A stretch of DNA of 64,000 nucleotides from Veleropilina oligotropha. Taxonomy: Eukaryota. Below, piece by piece: positions 12,931-25,312 of this stretch. Location of the stretch: NCBI GenBank assembly GCA_048128005.1, contig JBEUKZ010000099.1:62001-126000 (forward strand). The letters run 5' to 3'. Every line of letters begins with the position of its first letter. Within the stretch, counting starts at the first letter, position 1. Under the pieces are notes generated by a model. That model did not search any database. It saw only the letters and a list, made by a program, of their open reading frames with translations, and was not told the DNA's origin. A program made the translations under genes and the position numbers.

Positions 12931-13679
12931 CTGAAAGAAAAATTATCTGATCACTTGTCCAAATTCCAATTATAGTCATTGACTCAAATATGCAGATCAA
13001 ATTAAAAATCTAGCAGATGATCAATAACTTTAATAAATCCAAAATGGAAAAGTCACTAAATGCGTGCAATGTCTCATTCTAAAGCTATATCACGTTGACT
13101 TTGAATAACAGGTGGGTGAATTGTGTCTGAATTTCTATATGTTCAAATCGTGAAATTACCATTATAGCAAATTATTTTTTCTCCATACATGTCAAGTTCA
13201 TACAACCATTAATTTGTATCTCTGCCATGAAGGTCATGTTTTGACCCTTGTTAGCTTGTTTAATGGCCTTTCAGCAGGATTATGGATACCTACAAAAATT
13301 ACAGACGGATTGGATTAGGTCGGACCCATCACAGACGGAGATTATACTGGATCTGGTACAACCTTCAGGTTCAAAGCAGAACATGTCCATATTATCCTGG
13401 GAGAAAATCCCGGTTGGTAGGGAAAACTGGCCTTCTGCAGCCAGCTAAGGCCAACTGACCAAAGTATGCCATTCCCCAACTGTAATGTAATCTTATATAT
13501 AAATACGCAGCAAGGTTTTCTCCATCACAGAGAGGCAGATCTTGCCATGCTGAGTTCACTGGGTGCAAGGGTGAGTTCAATTGTAGTGAATGCTAGCTAA
13601 TGCAACATAATGTTAGCTAAATAATAAAGTTGACCAATCAACATGAAGCAAATATTTCACCATGCACAGCACGGGTCAA

Positions 13680-13930
13680 GGAGGAATGATGCTTAATGTC
13701 CTGTATATTTACAACATCGAGGTTCAAGGCAGTGCTATCGCGGGAGGAAACCCCGGTCGCCCGGGTAAACCCGCCCTCTTCGGCCAGTCACGGACAACTG
13801 TGATTCATAACTTGAACAAATGTCAATGCCTCAGCCAGGTATTGAACCCACTACTGTTCGCGTTAGCGGAATCAAGCACAGTGAATTTTAGAGTGGACAC
13901 TCTACCCACTGCGCTGCCGAAGCGGCCCCA
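13680..13930 (-). mobile_element. SINE family A copy
   Basis: Same sequence as 2700-2950 and 31195-31457. Confidence 0.7.
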
Positions 13931-14737
13931 GCACGGGTCAAGCTCGTACTATAATATAACATAGCACATAACAGGTTAGTTAAGTAATGCCAAAGTTTTG
14001 AAAAAATCACTGCAAAATATTTACATATATAGTGTACATATATATTATCACATCTCTAGAATTGCAAGATTACCAGACAAAATACTATCTGCAACAGTCC
14101 CTATCAAGATATTGTAATTTGTTGATTCTCAATAAATGGTACAATTTCTTGCAACCAAAACGCACATTATATAAACAAGCAGGTCACTTATTCTGAAAGT
14201 ATTTTATTATGTACAAAGTGCATAAATGTACGCAATATAGTTCGAGTACAATATTAGACTTGTCACCACTATCGTAATATCAATGAGAACACAATCAAAG
14301 ACAAGACAAGATTATGTAAGAAAACAATAATAAACATTTATTCAAATCATGCAAAGTTACATAATTGAAAAGATACCAACAACATGAATAAAATACAGCA
14401 TAACGAGTGTTAATATCAAAAACTATATATACAAGACTGTGGCATTCCCATACCAATTAATAATTAAGTAGTCACATAAACCTGAAAAAATCTTCATAAA
14501 CTTTGATGATACATGTACTATTTCAAATAAGGGCAATCCGAGGAGATTAAAAACCCTCACACCGGGGCCATTAGGAACACGATGGTGAAAGTAAAAATGT
14601 CTACGATCAATATAATAATTTTATATTTTGGTTGGTTGGTTGGCAACATTGTTTTACGACCACTTTTAGTAATTTTTATGTCTTCACCTTTTTGACAAAA
14701 AAGGACAAGACATTATCAAATGGTCCGTGTGTATATA

Positions 14738-14858
<121 letters not shown>

Positions 14859-15049
14859 TGACTCCAACAGCCACGCAGCCCATTCATTGGCTGCATCGCG
14901 TCACGTGCCGACGTAATATTTTTTCATATACGGTCAGTAGACTTTCATATTACGTCGATGCGAGAGTTGCTTCCCTTGTTGCTATTTCTGTTAGCAGACG
15001 ACACCCATTTCTCGAATACCTAACTGCGTTAATTACATAATAGTCAAGA

Positions 15050-15291
15050 GCTTTGCATCGTCTACACTAGAGGATATAGAAACAAAAAGGAGAAAGGTAA
15101 ATGCAGAAGCTACGATGAAGTGTAACCAGCACGCTGCTAGTTGCCTCCGAGACCGAAAACTATCAGCCAACTAACTTCGAAACGTTTGACGCCGTCCGAA
15201 CGGACGAAGTACTGGGTCACTTTTACATCGATGCAAGAAAGTCAAACGGAGAACATTATAAATCAACATCGCTAGAACAAATACGCTATGT
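15050..15291 (+). pseudogene. Frameshifted Crypton-type tyrosine-recombinase N-terminal fragment (KCTD1/ZMYM/DUF3504-associated type)
   Basis: Manual translation gives FASSTLEDIETKRRKVNAEATMKCNQHAASCLRD, a frameshift, then TNFETFDAVRTDEVLGHFYIDARKSNGEHYKSTSLEQIRY. This matches the LxxFYxxxRxxxGxxYKxxSLxxIR signature. Confidence 0.65.
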
Positions 15292-15703
15292 ATAGTATGT
15301 ATTTATTACCGTATATTAAGTTATTAATGAATGAATGAATGAATGAATGATTTATTTACCAAAGCATTGTAACATGAATAATACAATAATGGAAGTGTAA
15401 CAAAACTATTTTTTGTAACATAGTGACATAAAGAAATAACGAGTAACGCAATGGTGGGAGATCAATTGGAAGCCCGTTAGAGCTTATAAGTAGACCACCC
15501 TGGGGCCAATATTACAAAGCTCTCGCAAGGCACGATCGATCGCAAGTCCCATGCTGCAATGGCAGGGCGTTACAATTATCGTAACTTTCATCATTGCATC
15601 ATATGGACCCACGACCACTCGTAGCTACGACAGCCCTGCGACATTGGGCCCTGGTTGTGACTGTCATATTATGTCTAGTATATACATACGCACACAAATA
15701 TAA

Positions 15704-18700
15704 TTAGTGTTCAATAAGTAAGTAGTTATTTACAAGCCGTGTTTTGTAAAGATTTTTAAAACTAGAGATGGATACCGAATTTTTTAAGGATATCCAGAAA
15801 GAATTCCAGAGGCGAGGGCCTTGACATTTTATAGAAAATAATCTGATGTTTGTTCTACATGGAATTAAATGGTAATTGTTTCTATTTCTGGTGTAATAGT
15901 TGTGGACTTGTGAGTTTTTAATGAAGTATGTTTTAAAAGAGGATGGTAGTTTATTTTGGTGAAACTGGTACATGAATGTACCAAGTTGTAATTTGTATAT
16001 ATCAAATATGGTGAGCTGCCGCTGCCTGTAAAATAGAGGGTTGGAGTGCTGAAAGTATGAGGAGCACGAGACAATTCGTATTGCTCGTTTTTGAAGTAGG
16101 AATAGTTTTTCTAGTCGTGATTTATAGGTACTGGCCCATACTATGGTGCAATATTGGAAATATGGTAGGATCAGACTAGAATATAATGTTGGCAATATGT
16201 ACGACGGAAGTGATTCTCTTAGCTTACATAAAATACCTATACTTTTGGCTATCTTCGATTCAATATGTCGTATGTGTGCTCTCCAATTTAAGTGTTCGTC
16301 AATAGTGACTCCTAGAAATTTGGCATTGATCACTTGCTTCACTGTGGAGCCGTTAATAGTTAGTGAAGTCTCATTCATGTTATACTGTTTATTTATTGAT
16401 GAGAAGATTATATAATTCGTTTTCTTTACATTTAATGATAATTTGTTTATTTTGAACCACAAGTTAACCTTTTCTAGTTCCTCATTGACAATACTCATCA
16501 TAGTGTGGAAGTTTTTGTGGCTAAAAAATATGTTAGTGTCGTCGGCAAATAATAAAAATTTAAGTAGGGAAGATGTCTTTGCTAGGTCATTAATATATAA
16601 TATAAATAGTAATGGTCCCAGAATAGACCCCTGTGGAACACCACATAGAACCAATTTCATTTCCGATTCAATTTGATGTATGGATACACATTGTTTCCTG
16701 GACGTTAAATAGCTTTCAAACCAGTTTAAAACTATTCCACGTATACCATAAAATTTTAACTTCTTTAGTAGTATATTGTGATTAATCGTGTCGAACGCTT
16801 TTGATAGGTCGATAAATACGCCGATTGTGAATTCGTGTTTGTCTATTGCTAGTGATATTTCGTCAATCAGTTCAATGAGGGCCATGAAAGTTGAATGGTT
16901 TTTTCGGAATCCGTACTGCTTATCGTAAAGTATATTATTAATATTAATGTAATTCAAGAGTCTTTTGTAGACAACTTTTTCCAAGACCTTTGAAAATATT
17001 GGAAGTATGGAGATTGGACGGTAGTTATTTATCGATGAGCGATCATCCGATTTGAAAATGGGCGTGATTTTGGCAATTTTCATGCGCTCCGGGACAGAGC
17101 CTGTCAATAATGATTTATTTAAAATTGCAGTCAGTGGAGACAATATGGAACTTGATGATACTTTAGCTATCCGAGGAGACAATCCGTCGTAGCCTGGAGA
17201 TTTGTCTGTTTTGAGCTCTGAAAATATATTCTTCAGTTCGTTATTACAAACAGGTGTGAAATAGAATGAATTGGGATAATTGCCAGTCATGTATTTAGAA
17301 TAGTCTTCTTGTGTATCAGGGATTGTATTTGCTAATTGAGGTCCGATGTTGGTAAAGTAATCATTGAAGTGTTGAGCAATTTGAAAACTTCCTCTGATAT
17401 GTGTGTTGTTTATTGTAATCTCCGAGATTACTTCATGTTTGTTATTATTGTTACTAATGACATTTTTGATTATTTTCCATGTTAACTTAAGATTTTCTTT
17501 AGCATCTTCAAGTTTCTTTGCAAAATATGACCGTTTTGCAATTTTTATTAAGTGAGTTAGTTTGTTCTTGTATTTTTTGTATTTATCTTCGTCTTGCTTT
17601 GTGCGCTTTTGTAAGTATTGTTTATACAGTTTGTATTTTCGATTACATGATTTAATTAAGCCATTTGTTATCCATGGTTTACCTTTTGTTCTTTTCGGGT
17701 TAATTTGACATAGAGGAAAATATGACTCATATAAGGTTTTGTATTTATTTAAAAATATGTCATATGCAGTACTTGCTTCGTCAGTGTCATAGACATCACT
17801 CCAATTTGTCACCTCTAATTCGGTTTTGAATGATTCAATTCTTCCTGCGTCAAATTTTCGTTTAAATATTGTTTTTGCTTTTTCATATTTGTTTGTCTCG
17901 GTTCTTGTTATTTGAAATACCGGAAGATGGTCCGATATATCAGCAAACAGAATTCCTGTTTCTATGTTGTGGGTCATATCGTTGGTGAATATATTGTCAA
18001 TTAGAGAGGATGAGTACGCTGTGATACGAGTGGGGCGAGTTATAAGTGGATATAAAGAATGTGAGATCATATTATTAAGGAAGTCGTTCGTAGCATCGTG
18101 AAGATCGTACTTTAATAAATCTATGTTAAAATCGCCTGTTAAGTAACATAGTTTTGATTCTTTTATAATGATGTTTAATATGTTATCCAGATTGGAGTTG
18201 AAGTGTTGAGTATCGCGACCTGGTGGTCTATATATTACGCCAGTAATAATATTTTTTGCTTTCTTTGAAATAATCTCTACAAAAATGGATTCAAAATTTC
18301 CTTCATCGAAAAAACTTAAGTCATGTCGAATCTTAAAATTCATATCTTTTCTAATGTAAAGTCCAACACCACCGCCATTCAAGTAAACACGTGACTTAAA
18401 TATATGCTGGTAATTTGGAATAGAATGCAAGTCTTCAGTATCATTCTTTAACCATGTTTCAGTTAAAGCGATTATGGAAAAATCGTGATTTAGACTGTCC
18501 AAATACTGAGTTAGGTTTGCGTAATTTTTGTTAAGGCTTCTACAATTGATATGAATTAGAGAAAAGGTATCAACACATTTCTCCAGGTCCGTTGTTAGTT
18601 CATTGAACTGTTCTACCACCAGATAATTACATTTACGATTCAGTGTATCGTTATAAAAATTATCATCAGGATCAATATTTTCATTATTTAAAGTAAATTT

Positions 18701-19000
18701 CCTGTCATTAAGCTCGAAAATGTTAAATTGCAATGATTTTATTTTATCAGCATCAACGCCCTCTGGAATATGACATGCATTTATAGCCGTTTGAAACTCG
18801 GTATCATCAGTGATATTATTAAATGGAAATGTAATTGCAGTACATCTTCTACAAAACCAGCTTGTGTTTAAAGTTTGCATTTTGGTATCAAAATCAATAC
18901 ATTTGTCGTGAGCCCATTCTGTGCATATATCGCAGTTCGTATGTTTATGGTACTCTTTTACAGGTTTTTTGCATAATAAACATACATGCTCTATACACAT
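15704..19000 (-). CDS. LINE ORF2: PHD finger + APE endonuclease + reverse transcriptase, 1098 aa, uninterrupted
   Basis: PHD-like CLLC...CDIC...AHDKC...WFCRRC; endonuclease motifs HINCRSL, LTETW, GDFNID, IDNIF, SDHLP; RT motifs YRPISIL, DLSKAFD, PQGSILGP, FADD, FLG. Confidence 0.95.
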   Translation of the reverse strand: MCIEHVCLLCKKPVKEYHKHTNCDICTEWAHDKCIDFDTKMQTLNTSWFCRRCTAITFPFNNITDDTEFQTAINACHIPEGVDADKIKSLQFNIFELNDRKFTLNNENIDPDDNFYNDTLNRKCNYLVVEQFNELTTDLEKCVDTFSLIHINCRSLNKNYANLTQYLDSLNHDFSIIALTETWLKNDTEDLHSIPNYQHIFKSRVYLNGGGVGLYIRKDMNFKIRHDLSFFDEGNFESIFVEIISKKAKNIITGVIYRPPGRDTQHFNSNLDNILNIIIKESKLCYLTGDFNIDLLKYDLHDATNDFLNNMISHSLYPLITRPTRITAYSSSLIDNIFTNDMTHNIETGILFADISDHLPVFQITRTETNKYEKAKTIFKRKFDAGRIESFKTELEVTNWSDVYDTDEASTAYDIFLNKYKTLYESYFPLCQINPKRTKGKPWITNGLIKSCNRKYKLYKQYLQKRTKQDEDKYKKYKNKLTHLIKIAKRSYFAKKLEDAKENLKLTWKIIKNVISNNNNKHEVISEITINNTHIRGSFQIAQHFNDYFTNIGPQLANTIPDTQEDYSKYMTGNYPNSFYFTPVCNNELKNIFSELKTDKSPGYDGLSPRIAKVSSSSILSPLTAILNKSLLTGSVPERMKIAKITPIFKSDDRSSINNYRPISILPIFSKVLEKVVYKRLLNYININNILYDKQYGFRKNHSTFMALIELIDEISLAIDKHEFTIGVFIDLSKAFDTINHNILLKKLKFYGIRGIVLNWFESYLTSRKQCVSIHQIESEMKLVLCGVPQGSILGPLLFILYINDLAKTSSLLKFLLFADDTNIFFSHKNFHTMMSIVNEELEKVNLWFKINKLSLNVKKTNYIIFSSINKQYNMNETSLTINGSTVKQVINAKFLGVTIDEHLNWRAHIRHIESKIAKSIGILCKLRESLPSYILPTLYSSLILPYFQYCTIVWASTYKSRLEKLFLLQKRAIRIVSCSSYFQHSNPLFYRQRQLTIFDIYKLQLGTFMYQFHQNKLPSSFKTYFIKNSQVHNYYTRNRNNYHLIPCRTNIRLFSIKCQGPRLWNSFWISLKNSVSISSFKNLYKTRLVNNYLLIEH

Positions 19001-19380
19001 GTGTTAAATGGTTTGAACAAACAAACAAACAAGAGAAAATAAAAAATAAATAAAATGAGATTACTAAGGTCAAATTTGGGGATGAACTGGTTATGGACTC
19101 GTAGATATGCGATGTTATTCTACTCCAGTAATAGATATTTTAGAATTACGGAATATCTCAGGGAACCAATGATCTAAATATGGCTCAATATTGTTGTCGA
19201 TACATTCGTATAATCTAAATACAAGTACATGCATATACTTCTTGATGTTATATTGTGTAGGCCTACACGTATACACCAAAGTGCATTTGTAAGTACTGTA
19301 CACATTTAAATTGTATAATATGTGGATATGGGGAAAACAGGTATGTGCATTTTATGCAGTTTATGCAATCTTTAAGTTTA

Positions 19381-19676
19381 CTAGCATTGGTACCCGTCTT
19401 CGCCGGGTAAGTCCCCCCAGGCCAAATTTTTTTTTTTTTTTTGGATAGTGCACCCTTTTTTTTTTTTTTTTTTTTTCTCGATTATATTAAAAATGATAGT
19501 AAATTTATTTATTTTTCGCGAATTTCCAGAATTTTTTTCGTGGTAAACCTTCCTTGGGGGACCCCGATTAACCCCCCAAAGTTTGAAGGTCCTAGGTCAA
19601 AGCGTCTGGGAGGAGTTCAACTTGAAACAGACAGACAGACAGACCCGCATACAATTATAGCTCCATTATATTAAGA
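19381..19676 (-). mobile_element. Non-autonomous Helitron inserted in the last codons of LINE ORF1
   Basis: On the minus strand: A|TCTTAATATAATGGAG ... tacccggcgaagacgggta ... CTAG|T. Nearly identical to 9350-9769. Confidence 0.88.
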
Positions 19677-20499
19677 TATCGTCGAGGATATCAAATTTTG
19701 TTTGACGACCAGACTTATTCTTGGCATATATCGCTCCATTAAAACACCAGGCGCTGTCTACGTTTACATGTTCCTTCAGGCGATGAAGCAATCCAATATT
19801 CATCCGGGTTAAGTCGTCGAATAAGAGGACGTTGTTCGATTCTCTTATTTTCTTTTTATTTCTCATTAAACAGAGCTTTGTATCTGGATTTGAAAATTTG
19901 ACAATGATGGGTTTGGTGGAGTTTTCATTTCTCGTGGGAAGGCGATGAGCTGCGATAATTTCGCTTTTGTTGATAATTTGGCCTGTGGATTCCTTCACTA
20001 GTTTCGTGAATTCTGTCACTGCGTCTTCATTTGCGCTCTCTTTCATGCCTATCACACGAATACTATATTTGCGCGTATATTGTTCGTTGTTATTAGCCAT
20101 TTTCATGGCTTGTTGTGACATTTCGGTATTGTATCGGTCAGCTTCTTTAAGTTTTTCTATACACTCGGATTGTTTTTTTACCTGCTGTTTCATAATGTCA
20201 TTTTCCTCTCTTAGTAGGGAGTTAGAATGCATGAGTTCTTGTAGTAAGCTGCTTACATCCTTTACAATATCAGCTTTTATTTCTGTTTTCAGTTGTGATA
20301 CTGTTTTGCTTACAGCATTATTAATTATAATTTCTAGGTCTCCTTTACTGGGAATGTTGTCAAGCCTTTCATTTATTTTGGTCAGCTCGGTCGCCATGTC
20401 ATTGTTGTTTTCTTGGCTGGTGTCCATCGTCGATTCGCGAGTGTCTGTCTTCTTTTGTTCTTGGTTTTTTGTGGCTGATTGCTTTCCCCTTGTCGACAT
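19666..20499 (-). CDS. LINE ORF1 (coiled coil + RRM/CTD, L1-ORF1-like), 277 aa
   Basis: Heptad-rich N-terminus, then NNNEQYTRKYSIRVIGMKE, IIAAHRL, PIIVKF, LFDDLT and AWCFNGAIYAK. It lies upstream of ORF2. Confidence 0.88.
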   Translation of the reverse strand: MSTRGKQSATKNQEQKKTDTRESTMDTSQENNNDMATELTKINERLDNIPSKGDLEIIINNAVSKTVSQLKTEIKADIVKDVSSLLQELMHSNSLLREENDIMKQQVKKQSECIEKLKEADRYNTEMSQQAMKMANNNEQYTRKYSIRVIGMKESANEDAVTEFTKLVKESTGQIINKSEIIAAHRLPTRNENSTKPIIVKFSNPDTKLCLMRNKKKIRESNNVLLFDDLTRMNIGLLHRLKEHVNVDSAWCFNGAIYAKNKSGRQTKFDILDDILI

Positions 20500-20893
20500 T
20501 TCGGTTGTTATTTGGCGGTACCGTTTGATGTCAATTTCGTGTCACAAAGTTCGTGTTTGTAAATACGATACCAAAAATAGATTGTATGACAGGCCTCGAA
20601 GATTACAACATATTATATATCTTACTGTACAGTAATGTTCATATGTTTCAAGTACATGATCTCACCATATGGTTCTCCGTGCATTCATTGTTGTGCAGGC
20701 ATACGATCGTTGTGATTATCGCAGTAGAACATAGGTATTTTCCTGATATTACTGGAGCAGATTTATCTCGATGTTCCTACATGAATGACGTTAAAATTTA
20801 TTTTATCTCAATATTAAGATATTCCATGAATTTATTATTACAACTGTATTCTCATGTAAAATATAATTAAACCATTAGGCCGTTGCCATGATA

Positions 20894-21044
20894 TATAGGT
20901 TACATGGTTTGTTAGTGACCTAATATGGATATTTATTGGGTGAGTGGAATTTCATATTGGACTCGGCTCCGCCTCGTCCAATATGAAATTCCACTCACCC
21001 AATAAATATCCATATTAGGTCACTAACAAACCATGTAACCTATA
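20894..21044. repeat. Perfect palindrome: 69-bp arms with 13-nt loop TCGGCTCCGCCTC
   Basis: 20894-20962 is the reverse complement of 20976-21044. Confidence 0.92.
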
Positions 21045-21419
21045 ATATATATATATATATATATCCGCTGATTTTCTCGAAAACTACTGAACCAATTAGC
21101 CTGAAAATTGGTACACACATTCCCAAGATTATTTGTAGGTCGTGTATATAACTTTCGCGACATAATTTTGCAAAAATATGCATTTATTAGGCACTTTTAT
21201 TCATATTTGTATATAGCGTATGTCTAATATTGCAAGCAAATAGCAATGACGTCATTACGACGTCGCTTTAGATTAATCGTCATTTGGTGACGTCACAATC
21301 GACGGGGTAGTAAATTAGCCATAAAGTACTTGCACTTAGCCATTGTATTAACTGTTATGAAAATTTAAGGGAAATAAAGAAAGGTCAAGACATATTCCGA
21401 ACGCGTCGTTCTTGTTAAG

Positions 21420-21606
21420 ATGTATCCTAGTCGGGACATCCGGTTTAATGTCTCGCTCCGATCTGACCGACATACATTAGGGATAATTGCCATCTATTAC
21501 TGTATTAGTTTTAAGCATTAGAATAGCAATGCCGGAGCGGGGGTTTGAACCCACATCCTACAGTCCCACTTATTGTTTTTTCGACGCTCTACCAGTTGAG
21601 CTAGGT
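21420..21606 (-). mobile_element. tRNA-derived SINE family B (related copy ~36180-36390)
   Basis: Minus-strand head ctagctcaactggtagagcgtcg...gggttcaaacccc (box A/B-like). The body cgggacaYccggtttaaWgtctcRctccgatctga is shared with 36244-36300. Confidence 0.6.
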
Positions 21607-23059
21607 AAATTTCAATTATATTGCTCTCAATATTTCTACTCTAGGGTTAGATGACTATGAAATAGATTCTAGTGACATCTGGAAAAAGAACGACGCAAAA
21701 ATTAGCCTATTGTCGCATATGTAGCATCCTGTGAAACTTGAACCAAAAACTTTAATGAAAATTTCTAAGTTCAATATTGACATTTTTATAGTAAAATTGA
21801 AATTAAATTACCCTCAATAGCGATACAACATTTGCTAATGTTAAAACATGCATATTGTTGCTTATATAGCATGATTCGGAAACTCTATCCAAAAACTTTA
21901 ACAACTATTAAAGAGAAACATTTTATGGTAAAATTCTGCTTTTAAGATGGCAGCTCATATTTAACAAATAACACCTGATGAGAAAGAAATAAATTTAAAA
22001 GCATAACAAAATTAATGTTAATTTTGCCAGAAAAATTGCGGAAATCATTTGGAAAAAAATAAGTTTTTAAATATATTTAAAGAGAGGGGTTACTCAGAAA
22101 ATAATACAAGAAGTAGTAGGCCAAGAAAAAACAGGAAATAGACCTGCATGACTGGTCACTGTTTACGTTGGAAAAAAAGAAATCTCCGGCAGACTTTAAA
22201 ATGTTTACGATAACCAACCGATATCAATATTTTTAGTCATAAAGTTTCATCAAGAGAAGTTATTACTAGGCATTTCCCAAGAAGATCAAGCCCCTTGTTA
22301 TGCGTCTCCGAAGAGCAATAAATGGTGAATCCTTTCTTGGCCCCCACAGAGGTCGGACATTAATATTACATGTATTGAAAATTGGGGGAAAGTATTGAAA
22401 TTTCAATTAAATAAAAGAGTTAGAGTTAATGATATTAGAAATTATGAAGGATGACATACTTTGTGCCGTGAAAGGAAATTGGGCTGACCTTATTCTACAT
22501 TATATAAGAAGTCTGGATGCCAGTATTCCTCGACTATTCCTTGGATGCCAGTATTCCTCGACTATTCCTTGCTTTGTGGTGTAAATCACTGTATTATCAG
22601 TTAAAGAGTAATTTCAAATATCGCAATGTCTTGATGGTTTTGCCTTCGAAACAAAAATTATGACTAATTATCGATAAATCACTGTATTATCAGTATTTAA
22701 AGAGTAATTTCAAATATCGCAATGTCTTGATGGTTTTGCCTTCGAAACAAAAATTATGACTAATTATCGATAAGAGTTGTAGATAATGTTCCACTCTGTC
22801 ATTTATATTTTTGCTGATATCAATATAATTTCATCAGGACTATGATTTTAATATATAACAAATTACACAATTTAATTCGATTTGACGAGATTAAAAATTG
22901 ACCGAACCAGGGAAACACTTATCCTTTGTAAAAATTCAATCGGATCAATAGTTTTTGAGTTATGCGAATGGACATACATATATATATACAGAGCCCATTG
23001 CAATACCCTAGTCTCCGGAGGGTAATAATACGATGTTTATAGTAAAGTATATAGTACAG

Positions 23060-23495
23060 TGAGGACGACGCGTTCGGATTATGATTATACAATCTAACAT
23101 ATTCATACGATGTATTTACTTCCAACTCATGACAGATGACAATTTAAATATATGACATCATTAATTATGACGTCATAATTGTGTCGCACTAATAATGACG
23201 TCATAGACTTTGCTTAGGCCTAGTTACCATCGCAATTATGCATAAAAATGCCGATAAAAAGCATATTTTACGAAATTTTGTAATGAAAGTTATATACACG
23301 ATAAAGAGCGGGATACTACTAATTTGCACTCCGGGGTGCGCCTGGGTTGTCCTGACCGGTTTCGATCTAGCCGGAGACTAGTATCCCCTCTTGTTCTTAT
23401 ATACACGACCTACAAATAGTCTTGGGAATGTATATATACCAATTTTGGTAAATATTGGTCTGGTAGTTTTCAAATAAATAGACGGATATATATAC

Positions 23496-23541
<46 letters not shown>

Positions 23542-23617
23542 ATATATATATATGTATATATACACACAGACCATTTGATAATGTCTTGTCCTTTTTTACA
23601 AAAAGGTCAAGACATAA
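23060..23617 (-). mobile_element. Family H1 element (reverse orientation) with an internal insertion
   Basis: Reverse complement of aaaaggacaagacattatcaaatggtc...(TA)-rich tract...accaaaattgg. Confidence 0.6.
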
Positions 23618-23799
23618 AAATGATTATAATCCAACTATTTCAAATAACCTAACACCTGTCCTTTGCAGAGATATCCAATGTAAAGTAATGATGATATTAT
23701 AAAATTTCGAAGCCTACAGATCTCTCATGGAAGATTACAATATAAATCACATGGAAACTGCCATTATATGGAAAAGATGGCTGGATGCCATGATATTAA

Positions 23800-24720
23800 C
23801 CTCATAGCCACCAGAGCGCAGTATACTGCGTATTGGACCAATGTACCTCTTTACTTTTAAATGTATAGCTTGGCCACGTTCAAGTTTCTGATTAAAATGA
23901 CTAGTAATAATTACACTATCATTTAGAACAAGGACAAAGAATATAGGCAACTTTAGATGCATATTATTTACGATTACCAATGGTGAATAATTACGTCATT
24001 TTTTCCAAAATGGCGGACGATCCATGCTATATTAGATGAATTGGTGAAATGATTGTTATTTTACAAATGTTAGACGATTTGAATGATATTGAATTGAATA
24101 ATTTGAATGATTCGGATGACGGTCTTTCAGATGCGGAAAATGATTCCAATAATTATGTATAAGTTGAACCCCCTCCTCTCTTCTGACAGGGATCTCAGCC
24201 ATCTTATAATAAAGTAAATGAGCATTATAATGAGACCAAGTGCAAATTTAGGCATTCCAAAATTTACAGTTCTTACAAATATTTTTCATATGTAACATGT
24301 TTTATTAGATCTCCATTGTGGTTTTTCAGTGTATTTGTGGGTATCAAAATGCTAATCTAGATATAGTATAATATCTTATTATTATGTCATATTGGGTAAT
24401 ATTGGAATAAAATCCCTTTTGTAGCAAATTGAATATACTATCTGAATATAAAAGATTTACAACATGATATGTGAATAAATATAAGAATATAGAGTTCAAA
24501 GTTGAAAATATCAGAATTCTTGATCATGATGGCAGCCATTTTGAATATATAATGAGGTCATGTGACCTTATTTGCATAATTTAAAATTTCTAAACTGAAG
24601 GTCATGCAATTACCTATCATGTAATATATGTTATGATATGATTATAATGGTATTAACCAACTTTTACTTAGGTACCAAAATATGTTGAATTTGGTCCTCA
24701 GGAAGTCGGTGGCTAGGAGG
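23800..24720 (+). mobile_element. Non-autonomous piggyBac-like element
   Basis: TTAA|cctcatagccacc ... ggtggctaggagg|TTAA. The paralogous empty site is visible near 11145. Confidence 0.8.
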
Positions 24721-25312
24721 TTAATAATTTATAATACACGAACAAGCTTAAACAATTTTTCAATTTTCACCAGGGCAATTGTTTATATTGAATGATGAAA
24801 AGAAGAGACCTGGTGTGCAATTGAGACGACATCAATGGTGTGTCGACAATCAAACTCAGGACTGGTTCACCATTGTGTAATAGATAATACACTAGCACTA
24901 GCAGATAATGACATGAGCGCAAGAGAGGGTGTTATGTGGATATCGCACAGAGGCATCAGGGTCTTATCTGTCATAAATACAATGATAATATATTGCAAAT
25001 TCCAAGGTGTCACCCCGTAAAAGCATAAGTAGTAGCAGATATCACCCATGGGCCTTTATAAGAAGTGAACTCGAGATCTATCATTATGAGTTTGTCAGTT
25101 TGCTTACACGAGTTCAATCAAGGGCAATATAGCTGTCACTCACGCTCAGAGTTAATAATTTTTAAGAAATTGTTTTGCTACATAACTTGACCACTGAACA
25201 TTAAATTTCATAATATTTACAAATTATTATAATGGATGTCGTTCAATATACTAGGCAAAACTAAAAACATGAATCAAGCGAGTTATAAAGGGCTGTCTTT
25301 CTACAATATTTA

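Larger units (their letters stand above)
15328..20570 (-). mobile_element. Near full-length two-ORF LINE of the L2/CR1 group (Crack/Daphne-like)
   Basis: ORF1 and ORF2 on the same strand, a 3'UTR ending in AATAAA plus a (TTCA)n tail at 15328-15356. The 5' boundary is approximate. Confidence 0.9.

Noticed and set aside
19967..20635. 222-aa plus-strand ORF and other antisense ORFs over the LINEs and zinc-finger exons
   Set aside because: Shadow frames of real minus-strand coding sequence, with no recognisable domains.
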